Positions 48,480 to 59,642 of a DNA stretch of 64,000 nt are shown here, in pieces. The notes under the pieces were generated by a model. The model saw nothing but the letters and a program-made list of their open reading frames with translations. It made no database searches and was not told the origin of the DNA. The first letter of the stretch is position 1; each line of letters opens with the position of its first letter. The stretch lies in the NCBI GenBank assembly GCA_963726265.1, contig CAVSBQ010000002.1, positions 861,795 through 925,794 of the forward strand. Direction: 5' to 3'. The position numbers and the translations under genes were made by a program. This stretch comes from Candidatus Aenigmatarchaeota archaeon (GTDB lineage Archaea; Aenigmatarchaeota; Aenigmatarchaeia; QMZP01; QMZT01).

Positions 48480-49097
48480 TTATAACCCTTTCAGCCTCTT
48501 CATGCGGAAGATGTTCTCCCTTTCCATCTCCTCGAGGCGCATGTTGATGAAGGCGGCCTGATCCTTCAGCCGCGGGATGACCACGAACTCGAGCGCGTTG
48601 ACCCTGCGCTTCGTCGATTCTATCTCTTTCAGCAGCTTCCTCATGGTGGTCTCGATTTCGGCTGCGCTTATTATGCTCTCGAGCAGCTCCTCGTAAGAAT
48701 TGACCATCTCGTCTATGCGCATGCTGGTCGAAAGCATGCCGTAGCCGCGCTGGACCAGGTTCTTCCTCATGGCGCCGGCCTTTATCACGGGGACGGTCAC
48801 GCCCATTATGTTCTTGACCTCCAGGTCTATCGCCGGCCTTTCGCGGAGTGCGAGCGCGACCGACTTCACGTGGACTATGCCGTCCAGGGCCGCGCTTTCC
48901 AGCATCTTGCCGTGGGCGGCGAGGAACTTGACGTTAAGCTCCCTGCGCAGGTTCCTCGCGTTCTTGAGGACCTCGAAGAACTCCATTATCAGGCCGTCGC
49001 GTTTCTTCTTGAGCAGCTTGTGGCCTGACGCCGCAAGCTTGATTTTTTTCTTCAGGTTGATGAGCTCGGACCTCGTCGCCTTGACTTCAGTTGCCAT
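48480..49097 (-). CDS. atpD: A-type ATP synthase subunit D
   Basis: Coiled-coil central-stalk protein …TRSELINLKKKIKLAASGHKLLKKKRDGL…. Confidence 0.9.
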   Translation of the reverse strand: MATEVKATRSELINLKKKIKLAASGHKLLKKKRDGLIMEFFEVLKNARNLRRELNVKFLAAHGKMLESAALDGIVHVKSVALALRERPAIDLEVKNIMGVTVPVIKAGAMRKNLVQRGYGMLSTSMRIDEMVNSYEELLESIISAAEIETTMRKLLKEIESTKRRVNALEFVVIPRLKDQAAFINMRLEEMERENIFRMKRLKGL

Positions 49098-49155
49098 TTT
49101 CAGACCTCATTTTATTTCCTTCGCTACGCCGTTCAGTTTTTGTGCAAACATTTTC

Positions 49156-50586
49156 TTACTTTTTGGCTTTCTCCGCCTTCTCGCTTTTATCTTCACTCTT
49201 GTCGCTGTAGAACCTCTTCTTGAAGTCCTCGCTTATCCTCGTCAGCTCGTCCCTCGGTATGGCCGAAAGCAGGTTCCATGAGATGCCAAGCGTCTTCTCT
49301 ATTTCCCTGTTTTCCTTTATGCCCTGGCGAACGAACGTCTTCTCGAACTCCTCCGCGAACTTGAGAAGGCGTCGGTCACGTGGCGAAAGCGCCTCCTCGC
49401 CGACTATGGCGACCAGCCCTCGAAGGTCGCGGCCTTCGGCGTAGCCTGCGTAAAGCTGGTCGGAGACCTGGCGGTGGTCTTCCCTGGTTTTCCCCTTGCC
49501 TATGCCCTGGTTCATGAGGCGAGAAAGGGAGGGAAGCACGTCGACTGGCGGGTAGATGCCTTTCATGTGCAGTTCCCTGCTAAGCACGACCTGCCCTTCA
49601 GTAATATAGCCCGTGAGGTCGGGGATGGGATGGGTGATGTCGTCTCCTATCATGGTCAGGATGGGGAACTGGGTTATGCTGCCCTTCCTGCCCTTTATCA
49701 TGCCCGCACGCTCGTAGATGTTGGCGAGGTCGGTATACATGTATCCCGGGTAGCCGCGGCGGCCTGGGATTTCCTCTCTCGCAGAGCCTATCTCGCGCAG
49801 CGACTCACAGTAGTTGGTCATGTCCGTGAGAATCACGAGCACGTGCATGTTCTTCTGATAGGCCAGAAACTCGGCGGTCGTAAGCGCGAGCTTCGGCGTG
49901 ATTAAGCGCTCGACGGCCGGATCGTCCGCAAGGTTGAGGAACACGACCGCACGTTCTATCGCTCCCGTCTCCTCGAAGTTGCGGATGAACTTCTGCGCTT
50001 CCTCGTTCGTGATGCCCATCGCGGCGAACACGACGGCGAAAGATTCCTTTTCGCCAAGGACTTTGGCCTGCCTCGCTATCTGCAGCGCGATGTCGTTGTG
50101 CGGAAGGCCGCTTCCTGAGAATATCGGCAGCTTCTGGCCGCGGACGAGCGTGTTCATGCCATCTATCGTCGAAATCCCGGTCTGTATGAAATCCTGCGGC
50201 GGCCCGCGGGCATACGGATTTATCGCCGCGCCCGTTATGTCCAGGTCGTCCTCGGGGATGATTTCTGGCCCGCCGTCAATCGGCTCGCTCCTGCCGTTGA
50301 ATATCCTTCCCATCATGTCATCCGAAACTTTAAGCCGCATGACGTCTCCGAGGAAGCGGACGCTGGCCTTCTTGCTTATGCCGCTCGTCCCCTCGAAGCT
50401 CTGGATGACGACGATGTCCCTCGCCGTGTCCAGCACCTGGCCTAAACGCTTTTCCCCGTTGGACAGCGTGACCTTGACCAGCTCTCCGTAGCCGACGGGA
50501 TGGGTCTTTTCAACGAATATCAAAGGGCCTGCAATCCTGTTTATCGTCTTGTAATCTTTCATTCTCATATTGAGCACCTCCAGCAA
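49156..50586 (-). CDS. atpB: A-type ATP synthase subunit B
   Basis: Non-catalytic nucleotide-binding subunit; …[15 protein letters not shown]… and …[30 protein letters not shown]…. Confidence 0.9.
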   Translation of the reverse strand: MLEVLNMRMKDYKTINRIAGPLIFVEKTHPVGYGELVKVTLSNGEKRLGQVLDTARDIVVIQSFEGTSGISKKASVRFLGDVMRLKVSDDMMGRIFNGRSEPIDGGPEIIPEDDLDITGAAINPYARGPPQDFIQTGISTIDGMNTLVRGQKLPIFSGSGLPHNDIALQIARQAKVLGEKESFAVVFAAMGITNEEAQKFIRNFEETGAIERAVVFLNLADDPAVERLITPKLALTTAEFLAYQKNMHVLVILTDMTNYCESLREIGSAREEIPGRRGYPGYMYTDLANIYERAGMIKGRKGSITQFPILTMIGDDITHPIPDLTGYITEGQVVLSRELHMKGIYPPVDVLPSLSRLMNQGIGKGKTREDHRQVSDQLYAGYAEGRDLRGLVAIVGEEALSPRDRRLLKFAEEFEKTFVRQGIKENREIEKTLGISWNLLSAIPRDELTRISEDFKKRFYSDKSEDKSEKAEKAKK

Positions 50587-50589
50587 TAA

Positions 50590-52353
50590 TCACTTAATCT
50601 CCCTGATTAAACATTCTATCTCCTTGTCCATGGCCTGCACGGCCTCGTTAAGGATCTTTTCGTGGTCCTTCTCGAACTTCGCGTCCGCAATCCTGTTCTT
50701 CGCCTTGGTTTCGAGAAGGTTCCTTACCAGCACGCCCGCCTTCAGCGCGTATCTGGCCTTCTCGGAGAAGTGCAGGATGGTCTTCATCATCTTGTAGCTC
50801 TTCTTCAGGTCGCAGAACGTGTCCACCTCGTGGTAGGCGCTCTGCTGCAGGAACAGCTCTCGTATCATCCTCGCGATCTCGAGCGTGAGCTGCTCGCTTT
50901 CGGGCAGCGCGTCCGAGCCGACCAGCTGCACGATTTCCTGCAGCTTCTCCTCCTCCTGCAGGATTCTCTTGAACTCGCCGACCATCTTCCTCCAGTCGGG
51001 CGCGACGTTCTTCGCATACCACGGTTCGAGTATGTCCTCGTATAGCGAATAGGATGTCAGCCAGTTTATCGAAGGGAAATGCCTTCTGTGCGCGAGCTTC
51101 GCGTCCAGCGCCCAGAACGTCTTGACGACGCGGAGCGTCGATTGAGTAACGGGTTCTGAGAAGTCGCCTCCAGGCGGCGAGACAGCGCCGATGATGCTTA
51201 TGGAGCCGATCTTGCTGACGCCGAGCGGCTTCACTCTTCCGGCGCGCTCGTAGAACTCCGCGAGCCTGGATGACAGGTAGGCGGGGTAGCCTTCCTCGCC
51301 CGGCATTTCTTCCAGACGAGACGAGATTTCTCTCATCGCCTCCGCCCAGCGCGACGTGGAGTCGGCCATGAGCGCGACGTCGTAGCCCATGTCCCTGTAG
51401 TATTCGGCGATGGTGATGCCCGTATAAATCGACGCCTCCCTGGCCGCGACGGGCATGTTCGACGTGTTCGCGATAAGGACGGTTCTCTCCATGAGAGGCT
51501 TCCCGGTTTTCGGGTCTATCAGCTTCGGGAAATCCTTGAGGACCTCGGTCATTTCATTCCCTCGCTCGCCACAGCCGACGTAGACTACGATGTCCGCGTC
51601 AGACCATTTCGCGAGCTGCTGCTGAATCACGGTCTTTCCCGACCCGAACGGACCTGGAATACCGCCTGCCCCGCCTTTCGCCAGCGGGAACAGGCCGTCG
51701 AGAATCCTCTGGCCCGTGATGAGCGGGATTTCGGGGGTGAGCTTCTCCTTGCACGGCCTCGATTTTCTTATGGGCCATATCTGCATCATGCTGAGCTTCT
51801 TGCCGTTCGTGAGGACGGCGACGGTATCTTCGACCGTGAACTCGCCTTCCCTTATCTCCTTTATCTTGCCCGAGACCCCGGGAGGGACGAGGATCCTGTG
51901 GTCGATGACGCCGGTCTCTTTCACCGTGCCTATTGTCTGGCCTTCCTTGACGTCGTCGCCTTTCTTCACGTTCGGCTTGAACTTCCATTTCTTCTTCATG
52001 TCCAGCCCAGGCGTTTTAGCGCCTCGTCGGATGAAGTCGCCCATCATGTCCTTGAGGACCGGCAGCGGACGCTGTATGCCGTCGTAAATGCTCGTGAGCA
52101 GGCCAGGCCCGAGCATCGCGACGAGCGGCTGCTCCGTGTTCTCCACGGGCTCGCCCGGCCTGAGGCCGGAGGTGTCCTCGTAAACCTGGATGGTTATCTT
52201 GTCCGGGTTCACCTGGATGACCTCGCCCATGAGGCGCTCGTTCCCCACGCGCATCAAATCATACATCCTTGCTTCTATGTCTTCCGCAACTACAACGGGT
52301 CCGGCGACCCTGTATATCTTTCCCTTCGCTTCTGATTTTTTCTTTTCCATCAT
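50590..52353 (-). CDS. atpA: A-type ATP synthase catalytic subunit A
   Basis: P-loop GPFGSGKTV, with the A-type non-homologous insertion region present. Confidence 0.9.
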   Translation of the reverse strand: MMEKKKSEAKGKIYRVAGPVVVAEDIEARMYDLMRVGNERLMGEVIQVNPDKITIQVYEDTSGLRPGEPVENTEQPLVAMLGPGLLTSIYDGIQRPLPVLKDMMGDFIRRGAKTPGLDMKKKWKFKPNVKKGDDVKEGQTIGTVKETGVIDHRILVPPGVSGKIKEIREGEFTVEDTVAVLTNGKKLSMMQIWPIRKSRPCKEKLTPEIPLITGQRILDGLFPLAKGGAGGIPGPFGSGKTVIQQQLAKWSDADIVVYVGCGERGNEMTEVLKDFPKLIDPKTGKPLMERTVLIANTSNMPVAAREASIYTGITIAEYYRDMGYDVALMADSTSRWAEAMREISSRLEEMPGEEGYPAYLSSRLAEFYERAGRVKPLGVSKIGSISIIGAVSPPGGDFSEPVTQSTLRVVKTFWALDAKLAHRRHFPSINWLTSYSLYEDILEPWYAKNVAPDWRKMVGEFKRILQEEEKLQEIVQLVGSDALPESEQLTLEIARMIRELFLQQSAYHEVDTFCDLKKSYKMMKTILHFSEKARYALKAGVLVRNLLETKAKNRIADAKFEKDHEKILNEAVQAMDKEIECLIREIK

Positions 52354-52360
52354 ACATCAC

Positions 52361-52660
52361 CTACATTTTTTTCTCCCAAAGATCTATTCCCAGAGATCTT
52401 TTGATCATGAGCCTCATGTTTTCCTCGGCCGAGATGTCGTGCGACAGGATGACGACGGTCGGCTTGACCTGGACTAAAGCGCGTTCTTTCATGCGCTCGT
52501 TCAGCATCTGGAAGTTCTCGCTGTTCATTATCAGGATGCCGATGTCCTTGCTTTCCATGACCTCCTCGAACTTCCTGTTCACCGTTTCCTTCGTAACTTC
52601 GAAAGCGTGCCGCACCCCGGCTGCCTGGAAACCCAGGGTGAAATGCTCGCTTCCCATCAC
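52361..52660 (-). CDS. atpF: A-type ATP synthase subunit F
   Basis: 99 aa; …GFQAAGV…IGILIMNS…, typical F-subunit Rossmann-like motif. Confidence 0.8.
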   Translation of the reverse strand: MMGSEHFTLGFQAAGVRHAFEVTKETVNRKFEEVMESKDIGILIMNSENFQMLNERMKERALVQVKPTVVILSHDISAEENMRLMIKRSLGIDLWEKKM

Positions 52661-52667
52661 GGCTATT

Positions 52668-53846
52668 TCATGCGTTCTTCATCACCTTGAACATTGAATC
52701 ATTAACCACTATCAGGTTCGAGTCCACGAACTTCTCGTCCAGCCCGACGGCCTTCGCGTGGACCAGCAGCCTTATGTTCTTGGTCTCTATCTCCTTCCAC
52801 AGGAGATAGCCGAATATCGGCGAAACCGAAAGCGGCTTCCTGTGCAGCATCTTGGACGCGTAGTTGAGCAGGAACTTCTCTATCGAGGCCTCGAGCCTCG
52901 AAGGCGCCTGCTCGACCTCCGGCGTGACGAGCCCCTTGTACTGGCTCTTCCTGAGCCTCTCGAAAATCGCCTGCATGCCGTCCGCCCTTATGATGGCCTC
53001 GACCAGGCTGTCCCTGAACCGTCTCGCGGGCAGGCCACGCCTGACTCTGCCTATTTTCCTGGCGGCTTCCACCACTATCAGCTTCCTTATGGTCTCCTCG
53101 TCTATGTTTTCCTTTTTGAACCTGACGACGTTCTTTATGTTCATCAGGACGATGAGGTGCTCCAGGAACTGCTTCAGCGGGTCGCTTTGCCTCATCCTTA
53201 CCCCCTGCCTGAGCTCCATCAGCCTCCTGTAGAACGTCACGTCAATCTCGTTCTCCAGCCCCGTCAGGTTGTCCGCGTCGTAGAGCTGCTTCAGCACGGC
53301 GGCGTCCACCCTCGTTATCGCGCTGATGTTCTCGATGAACTGCTCGGCGCCTTCCCTGAAAAGCCTGAGGCACGTCTCGTAGTCCGTCGGCTTTATCGGG
53401 ACCACGCCGTATTTCAGGTCCTCCTCGCCCAGCTTGTTCATGCGCGTCCTCAGCACGAGCTTTACGTTGCCCAGTATCCATTTCAGCGAATAGAGCTCTA
53501 TGATGAATTTCAGCTCCTTCTTCAGCGAGATGTCCAGGAGCTTGTTTATCACGTTCGCAAGGCTCTCGTTCATGGCAAGCTCTATAAGCTCCGTCCCCTT
53601 GTACTGCTTCGAGAGCGCGTCTATCTCGCGCTTGTATTCGCTCTCCTCCAGGAAGCGGACCATCTCGTTCAGGCCCATCTTCCTCATGCGGAGGTAGTCC
53701 TCCTCTTTCAGCAGCTTGGACTTCATCACCCTTACCCTCGTGACGGTGTACGGGTAAGTCCTGAACCTTATTCTGCCTGCCTTTTTCTTCTGCCCTGCCC
53801 TGGCCCTGCCGATTCTTGCCCTTATATCCATCAAGCCACCGCTCAT
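52668..53846 (-). CDS. atpC: A-type ATP synthase subunit C
   Basis: Helical 390-aa protein in conserved operon position. Confidence 0.8.
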   Translation of the reverse strand: MSGGLMDIRARIGRARAGQKKKAGRIRFRTYPYTVTRVRVMKSKLLKEEDYLRMRKMGLNEMVRFLEESEYKREIDALSKQYKGTELIELAMNESLANVINKLLDISLKKELKFIIELYSLKWILGNVKLVLRTRMNKLGEEDLKYGVVPIKPTDYETCLRLFREGAEQFIENISAITRVDAAVLKQLYDADNLTGLENEIDVTFYRRLMELRQGVRMRQSDPLKQFLEHLIVLMNIKNVVRFKKENIDEETIRKLIVVEAARKIGRVRRGLPARRFRDSLVEAIIRADGMQAIFERLRKSQYKGLVTPEVEQAPSRLEASIEKFLLNYASKMLHRKPLSVSPIFGYLLWKEIETKNIRLLVHAKAVGLDEKFVDSNLIVVNDSMFKVMKNA

Positions 53847-54406
53847 TCGCCGAACAGCGTTTTCGACACGCCCTTGAGCGTCCTACCCTTAAGCTGCTCT
53901 ATGAGGGTTTCGAAGCTCAGGTCGATCAGCTCCCTGCCGTCCGCGCTTTCCACTATGAAGCCGCCGTCCATTTCCTTCGTCCGTATTTCGAGGCCGCGGA
54001 ACAGCTTCTTCGCAAGCGTTACGTCTTCCTTGCGCACGTGGACGTATTTCGGCTTTGCTATCTGGCCCCTGGCCGAGTTCAGCATCTTCCTGAAAATCCT
54101 GCTTCTCTCATCCCCCTTCATGCCCTTCAGGTAGTCGAGAAACTCCAGATAGACCCTTTCCACCAGCTCCTTCTTGGCGTTCATGGCGAATTCCTTGGTC
54201 TGCCTTTTCACGATGGTCTGGCTCCTGAGTTCTATCTGGCGCAAAGCGAGCTCCATGTCCTGCCTCATCGCCTTTTCCTGTTCCTTAAGCCTCGCTCTTG
54301 CCTCGTCCATCAGTTTCTGGCCCTCGCCCTTGCCTTCGCTGATTATTTTCTGCGCTTCCCTGCGCGCATTTTCCCTTATCTCGAAAGATACCTTGTTCAG
54401 ACCCAT
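53843..54406 (-). CDS. atpE: A-type ATP synthase subunit E
   Basis: Elongated coiled-coil plus C-terminal globular domain; operon position. Confidence 0.8.
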   Translation of the reverse strand: MGLNKVSFEIRENARREAQKIISEGKGEGQKLMDEARARLKEQEKAMRQDMELALRQIELRSQTIVKRQTKEFAMNAKKELVERVYLEFLDYLKGMKGDERSRIFRKMLNSARGQIAKPKYVHVRKEDVTLAKKLFRGLEIRTKEMDGGFIVESADGRELIDLSFETLIEQLKGRTLKGVSKTLFGE

Positions 54407-54422
54407 GTTTTCCTCGCCTTAT

Positions 54423-54638
54423 TTACGCCATGCCTACTATCTGCAATGCGACGACCAGCCCGAAAATGATTATCGTTTCCGGAATGACCGTAAGGATAAG
54501 GCCCTTTGCGAAAAGGCTTTCCTTCTCCGCCATCGCCCCGATAGCCGACGTGCCCAGCTCCTTCTCTGCCCATGCCGTCGCAATAGCGCTCGCGCTTATT
54601 GTTATTGCCGCAGCGATTGCTGCCATGTCTCCTGCCAT
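54423..54638 (-). CDS. atpK: A-type ATP synthase proteolipid subunit K (c-subunit hairpin)
   Basis: Start placed at internal MAGDMAAIAAAITISASAIATAWAEKELG…; two TM helices with conserved carboxylate (…VIPETIIIFGLVVAL…). Confidence 0.75.
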   Translation of the reverse strand: MAGDMAAIAAAITISASAIATAWAEKELGTSAIGAMAEKESLFAKGLILTVIPETIIIFGLVVALQIVGMA

Positions 54639-54699
54639 ATTCACACCTCCGATTTCGAAGGACACAGGCTTCACCTGTGTCAACCACATCTATAACTAC

Positions 54700-56559
54700 T
54701 TAACTCCCGAACGGTTTGTACGGTTCACCGTCACCATGATAAAACTTCGAGAACATCTCGACGTAATGCAGCCTCAGCGACTGCAGGAAGCATCCCATGA
54801 GCGCGAGCATCATGTTCACGCCGTGCCCGGCAAAAAGCAGCGCGACGCCCATGAATAGGAATATTCCGCCCGCGTGGAACATGCCTTCCGCCATGCCGTT
54901 TATGACCAGCGCCAGCTGCACGCCCGCGAGGCCGAGCGCGGCGATACGGGCGTATGAAAGCACGTTGCTCGCTAACGCCGGAATCTCTATGAGGCCCTGG
55001 TAGCTCTCGCCTATGACCAGCAGTACGACGCCGGCGAGCAGCACGTAAAGGCTGGTCATCGGCTCGATGCCCGTCGGGATCTTGAAGAACGTGTCCAGCA
55101 GGTAAAGTATGCCGCCCGTCTCCAGGATGAACCAGCTGACCTTGCCCAGCGCATGCTTCAGCTTTCGCTCTCGTAACGCGTTAACTAACGCCATGCCGAT
55201 GCCCAGGTTGAGGTGCACGATGCCTATTATGAGGGCTATGGGCAGCATCGCGCCTATGCCCTCGGCCCTGAATATCATCGGATGGAGCGCGATCCCGGCT
55301 ATCTCTTCGAAGCCGAAGAACTCCCCGAACACGAAGCCGAAGAACACGCTCACGAGCGATGAAATCATGAGGACCGATGCGACCGAGCGCATCTTCTTCA
55401 TCTTGAACCTGATGAACGCGAAGCCGGCGAAGAGGACGAGGCCGTAGCCTATGTCGCCCATCATTATGCCGAATATTATCGGGTAAGTGAGGAAAAGCAG
55501 GAATGTCGGGTCAAGCTCCTTGTAGCTTGGCAGGGAATACAAACGCAGGAAGAATTCGAACGGCTTCACCGGGCCCTTGTTTTTCAGCAGTATGGGCGCC
55601 TCTTCATGCTCGCCGACTTCCTCGGCGTTGTAATACAGGTTGTCCGTCAGGCTGGCGAGCCGCTTTTCGAGCGCCGCTTCCTTGCCTTTCGGCAGCCATC
55701 CCTGGATGACGAAGCTGTGCCTGCTCACCGCGAACTTGAGCGGCGCCTCGGACTTGCGTATTTCTGCGGTGAGCATGTCCTCGATGCCGAGCAGCTTTCC
55801 TCCGTTCTCTTTAGTGACGCTTTCGAATTCCGTCTTCAGCTCCTGCGCCCTCTTCTCGAGCGCCTTCACCTCTTTCCTGAAAGCCTCGACTTCGTCCGCG
55901 ACGGTCGCAGTCTTCCACTCCATCTCCATGTCGAGCCTGGTGAAGCCCGAGGCCGTGAGCGCGGCTTTCGTTTTCTCCGAATCCTTCTTCCTGAAAAAAA
56001 TGATGAGCGGCAATCCCTTCTCCGTTTTGTCGTCCGCGCTTGCCATGAGCTCGAAGTCGGTCCTGCCCAGCTTTTCCTTCAGGATTACAATGTCGGGAAC
56101 AAAGCCCCCGGCGACATCGAGCGTTCCATACCCCCTGAGCACGTCGAACTTCTTGACCTTCAGCCCGGCCAGGAAGCCGAGCAGCTCTCCCTTCCTCTCG
56201 CCCGCCTTCAGCGCGGCCTCCGCCGCCTTCATCCCGGACGTGAGTCTGCCGACCTCCTGCTGGAAGCCGTTCAGGAAACTTTCCGCCTCGGCCAGGTCCG
56301 TTTCGACCTTCGCTTTCAGCACGCCCTTCGTGTTCAGCTGCGCCTTTATGGCATTAAGCGTGAGAAGCAGCTCGGATATCTTTTCCGCGTTCTCAAGAGG
56401 CGAGCCTATCGGATAATGGTCCTTTTCCTTGGGGATGTAGTCCTTGAGATGCAGCACGCCCGCGTCGTAAAGCGTCTTCACGGCGTCCTTCAGGTAGGCC
56501 TTATGCGCGACCACTGTTACCCTGCACATCTCCCTAGGCACAAGCATTGTTTCATTCAC
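54700..56559 (-). CDS. atpI: A-type ATP synthase subunit I (stator a-subunit)
   Basis: Long hydrophilic N-terminal half plus polytopic C-terminal half containing the conserved Arg-helix region. Confidence 0.85.
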   Translation of the reverse strand: MNETMLVPREMCRVTVVAHKAYLKDAVKTLYDAGVLHLKDYIPKEKDHYPIGSPLENAEKISELLLTLNAIKAQLNTKGVLKAKVETDLAEAESFLNGFQQEVGRLTSGMKAAEAALKAGERKGELLGFLAGLKVKKFDVLRGYGTLDVAGGFVPDIVILKEKLGRTDFELMASADDKTEKGLPLIIFFRKKDSEKTKAALTASGFTRLDMEMEWKTATVADEVEAFRKEVKALEKRAQELKTEFESVTKENGGKLLGIEDMLTAEIRKSEAPLKFAVSRHSFVIQGWLPKGKEAALEKRLASLTDNLYYNAEEVGEHEEAPILLKNKGPVKPFEFFLRLYSLPSYKELDPTFLLFLTYPIIFGIMMGDIGYGLVLFAGFAFIRFKMKKMRSVASVLMISSLVSVFFGFVFGEFFGFEEIAGIALHPMIFRAEGIGAMLPIALIIGIVHLNLGIGMALVNALRERKLKHALGKVSWFILETGGILYLLDTFFKIPTGIEPMTSLYVLLAGVVLLVIGESYQGLIEIPALASNVLSYARIAALGLAGVQLALVINGMAEGMFHAGGIFLFMGVALLFAGHGVNMMLALMGCFLQSLRLHYVEMFSKFYHGDGEPYKPFGS

Positions 56560-56875
56560 CCAAAAACACGCGGAACTCCTTCTTCAGGCTCTCCACGGCC
56601 TTCTCGACTTTCCTGCCCGCGTCCTTCCTGACCTTCTCCATCTCCCCCTTCCTTTCCCCGAAAAAGCGTTCCCTCTCCCTCTCGCTCCTCTCTTCGAACT
56701 GCCTGAGCTCGGCCTCCATCTCCTTCTTGAGCTTATCTAGCTCCTTCTCCTCGAAGAGCCTTGCGTTCTTCCCCATGTCCAGAATTATCTCAGCCTTCTG
56801 CCTTTCCGCCTTCTCGAGCGTCCTGTTGGCGTCTTTCTCGGCCTTCTTTATCTCGTCAAACATATCCGGATTCAT
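56552..56875 (-). CDS. atpH: A-type ATP synthase subunit H
   Basis: 107-aa Glu/Lys/Arg-rich coiled-coil at the head of the operon. Confidence 0.7.
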   Translation of the reverse strand: MNPDMFDEIKKAEKDANRTLEKAERQKAEIILDMGKNARLFEEKELDKLKKEMEAELRQFEERSERERERFFGERKGEMEKVRKDAGRKVEKAVESLKKEFRVFLGE

Positions 56876-57158
56876 AGTTACCCAACCTCTCTGCGGCTTC
56901 GCCGCTTGTTTTGAATATGTCGTTTTTCACATTGATTTTTTCATTGAATTTGAATATGTTCCAGGCGTTCCAGGCCCCAATCACGGTTTAACCGTTATTA
57001 ATATCATTAGAGCGCCTCATTCTAAAGAGATTTATATTATATAGAATAAATATAAAGGTTTTGTTTTCCACGCGTTTTCCACGCACGGTTTTCGCTGGAA
57101 ATCCTTCGGATGAAAACAAACCTTATAATTTTTGCATCCATAATTTCTAGGTGGGGTC

Positions 57159-58367
57159 ATGACTTCTCCGGCCAGGCTGTGCATAGTGTGCAAGGGCTCG
57201 AGGAAGCTCTGCGGCTGGCGCACGTGCCCGCTCTACTCGAGGATGCGCATCGCGCCCCAGATACAGGCCTCGCTGAAGAAGGATTTCTTCGGGCCATCGA
57301 CTTCGGTATTCGTGGGCCATAATTTCTATCCCGACGTCTATGCCGGGCCGATGGCCGCGCTCGACCCGGCAAACACGAACATCGGGATAATCGACTCACC
57401 CCAGGAATGGTTCGGCAGGCCATACGGCGACATCCTGCAGTTCAGGTCGCTTCTCCTCCGCTCACAGTTCAGGGAGAACGTTTTCTCCCGCTCGAAATTC
57501 GTCGAGCAGAACCAGGAGCTCGCGCTCGCTGCGAAGCCGACGGATGTCGAAATCACGTTCAAGAACGTGCCCAAGCTCTCGTTCGAATTCTCCGACATCA
57601 TCCATCCCATGGGTCCGTCCGGGACGATGGACAAGTTCAAGGTCATCGGCAATCCCAGGATACCGCGCAACGTGGAGAAGGTCGTGGCTGACGAGCTCAA
57701 GACCACGGAAGCCGCGTTCACCCTTTACAGCGGCGGCGTCGACATCTACAAGCTCATTACCATCCTCTCGTCCGGCATCTTCGGTATGCGCGAACGGCGC
57801 AAGATGGTCCCGACGCGCTGGAGCATAACCGCGACGCATTCAATGCTGGCGAACCAGCTGCTCGACAAAATCAGGCAATATCCGTCCATAAGCGATTACC
57901 GGGTCTACTCGAGCGAATACCTGGACAACCATTACGAAATCCTGCTGATGCCCGGCAACTGGGAATACGAGAATTTCGAGTGCTGGTCGCCGGGGTCGTA
58001 CTGGGCGCAGCAGCTGAAAGCGCCGGAGATAACCGAGGAATACGAGCCCTTCGGAGGCCGCAGCAGTTACGCTTCGGAACAGGGCGGCGGCTTCTATGCC
58101 AACCGCCTCGGCCTCGCCGAGGGTCTGGAGCAGATGCGCAGGCAGGCGAGATGCGTCATCTTCCGCGAAATCCACCAGGGCTATACCATCCCCGTCGGGG
58201 TCTGGCAGTGTCTGGAAAACACGAGAAACGCCTTCCGCCAGCAACCGGCGAAGTTCGCGACCATGAAGGAAGCGCTGGCCCACATAAGCACGAAACTCAA
58301 GACGCCGGTTTACGAATACGCCAGGCAGAGCATCATCCTCAAGCAGCGACGGCTAGGTGATTTCTGA
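57159..58367 (+). CDS. Nre-family putative archaeal DNA-repair protein
   Basis: N-terminal CIVCKGSRKLCG…CP Cys cluster. About 400 aa with the conserved central/C-terminal Nre domain organisation. Assigned by recall of the family, moderately confident. Confidence 0.55.
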   Translation: MTSPARLCIVCKGSRKLCGWRTCPLYSRMRIAPQIQASLKKDFFGPSTSVFVGHNFYPDVYAGPMAALDPANTNIGIIDSPQEWFGRPYGDILQFRSLLLRSQFRENVFSRSKFVEQNQELALAAKPTDVEITFKNVPKLSFEFSDIIHPMGPSGTMDKFKVIGNPRIPRNVEKVVADELKTTEAAFTLYSGGVDIYKLITILSSGIFGMRERRKMVPTRWSITATHSMLANQLLDKIRQYPSISDYRVYSSEYLDNHYEILLMPGNWEYENFECWSPGSYWAQQLKAPEITEEYEPFGGRSSYASEQGGGFYANRLGLAEGLEQMRRQARCVIFREIHQGYTIPVGVWQCLENTRNAFRQQPAKFATMKEALAHISTKLKTPVYEYARQSIILKQRRLGDF

Positions 58368-58368
58368 G

Positions 58369-58647
58369 TTATTCCTTTGATTTTTTCCATATATCAAGAA
58401 AATTAGGCGTTTCTTTTTTTATTTGTGCTCTGCTGTTTGCTAAAGAAATCTCCGCAATAATTCTAGCTTCTTCTGGTTCATGACCTTGACTGACAAGTGC
58501 TGGATGAAGATGATTGTAGGCGTAGTCTCGCGCTTTTGCAATTTCTAACCCGGCCCTTAACGTTTCATTGGTATAAGTTTGCATTGCTTTTGACCATTTC
58601 ACATCTTCCTTCAATTTTGTTATTTCAGATTTATAATCATCCGCCAT
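58369..58647 (-). CDS. hypothetical protein (92 aa), AT-rich gene
   Basis: ORF only. Confidence 0.3.
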   Translation of the reverse strand: MADDYKSEITKLKEDVKWSKAMQTYTNETLRAGLEIAKARDYAYNHLHPALVSQGHEPEEARIIAEISLANSRAQIKKETPNFLDIWKKSKE

Positions 58648-58751
58648 ACTTTAACGTTCGTAAAAAGCTTTAAAAATCACATTCAAGTGATTTTTTATCA
58701 CAGCATGTTTAAACCGAATTTATATTCCATTCCTGCCAAATTATATACTGA

Positions 58752-59534
58752 ATGATGCCGAAAAAACTGCTTTTGCTTATTGCACTGACTATAACTACTG
58801 TTGTAGGAATGCTACTGCAGACGTCAGACAGCCCTTCTTTGATCAGATACCTGTTCGCTGGCACAGGACTGATTTTTATCCCGATCATCTCGGCATGGAT
58901 TGGTATTGATGGCGCAAGGGCCTTTACCTTCAAGAGCGTCTTCGGCAAGTCATTGCTGTTCATTTCACTTGGTGTGTTAGCATGGGGACTGGGTGATGTT
59001 GCATTTTTTTATTACAACATATCGGGTACAGAAGTTCCGTATCCTTCCTTGGCTGATGTCGGATACATTGCACTGATTCCTCTTGTGAGTTATGGCGTGT
59101 TTTTGCTTCTGAAAGGCGTTAAAATGAAACTGGATGCTAAAACCATTTTCAAGATTCTGATATCGCCGATATTAGTTTTATTGGTCATATTCCCGTTTTT
59201 CATTTATGGAAAGCTGGCCGAGGATGTGGATCTGCTCACGAAAACCCTCAATGTCCTTTACCCCGTGGGCGATGTCTTGTTCTTGTCGTTTGCTCTGATA
59301 ATAATAACCCTTACTTATGGCAGTGTTCTGTTCAAATCGCTTCGCATAATCAGTTTGGGCTTCATAATAGAAGCTATGGCAGATTTTTCATTCTCTTATG
59401 CTACCGCTGCTGGCATTTATTACACGTCAAGTTGGGATGATGTCTTATTTGCCCTAGCGTTCTTTACCATAGGCTTCGGGATGTATTACATGTCGAAAAG
59501 CCTGAAAGAGCCTGCCAAAAAGCAGAGTGCCTAG
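58752..59534 (+). CDS. polytopic integral membrane protein (about 7 TM), hypothetical; AT-rich gene
   Basis: Repeated hydrophobic helices throughout. No transporter signature recognised. Confidence 0.5.
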   Translation: MMPKKLLLLIALTITTVVGMLLQTSDSPSLIRYLFAGTGLIFIPIISAWIGIDGARAFTFKSVFGKSLLFISLGVLAWGLGDVAFFYYNISGTEVPYPSLADVGYIALIPLVSYGVFLLLKGVKMKLDAKTIFKILISPILVLLVIFPFFIYGKLAEDVDLLTKTLNVLYPVGDVLFLSFALIIITLTYGSVLFKSLRIISLGFIIEAMADFSFSYATAAGIYYTSSWDDVLFALAFFTIGFGMYYMSKSLKEPAKKQSA

Positions 59535-59642
59535 ATTTTTATCGGGTAACAGGTGCTTGAGGAGTTTTAGGTTTTATAATCAGCCTGATTATATTTTAAT
59601 TGTGAGGGAAACCGCAGGCAAAAATTACAGGGTGAGATAAAC

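Noticed and set aside
52758-56631. Long + strand ORFs (458 aa, 341 aa, 258 aa) across the ATP synthase operon
   Set aside because: Antisense to atpC/atpE/atpI; no recognisable domains.
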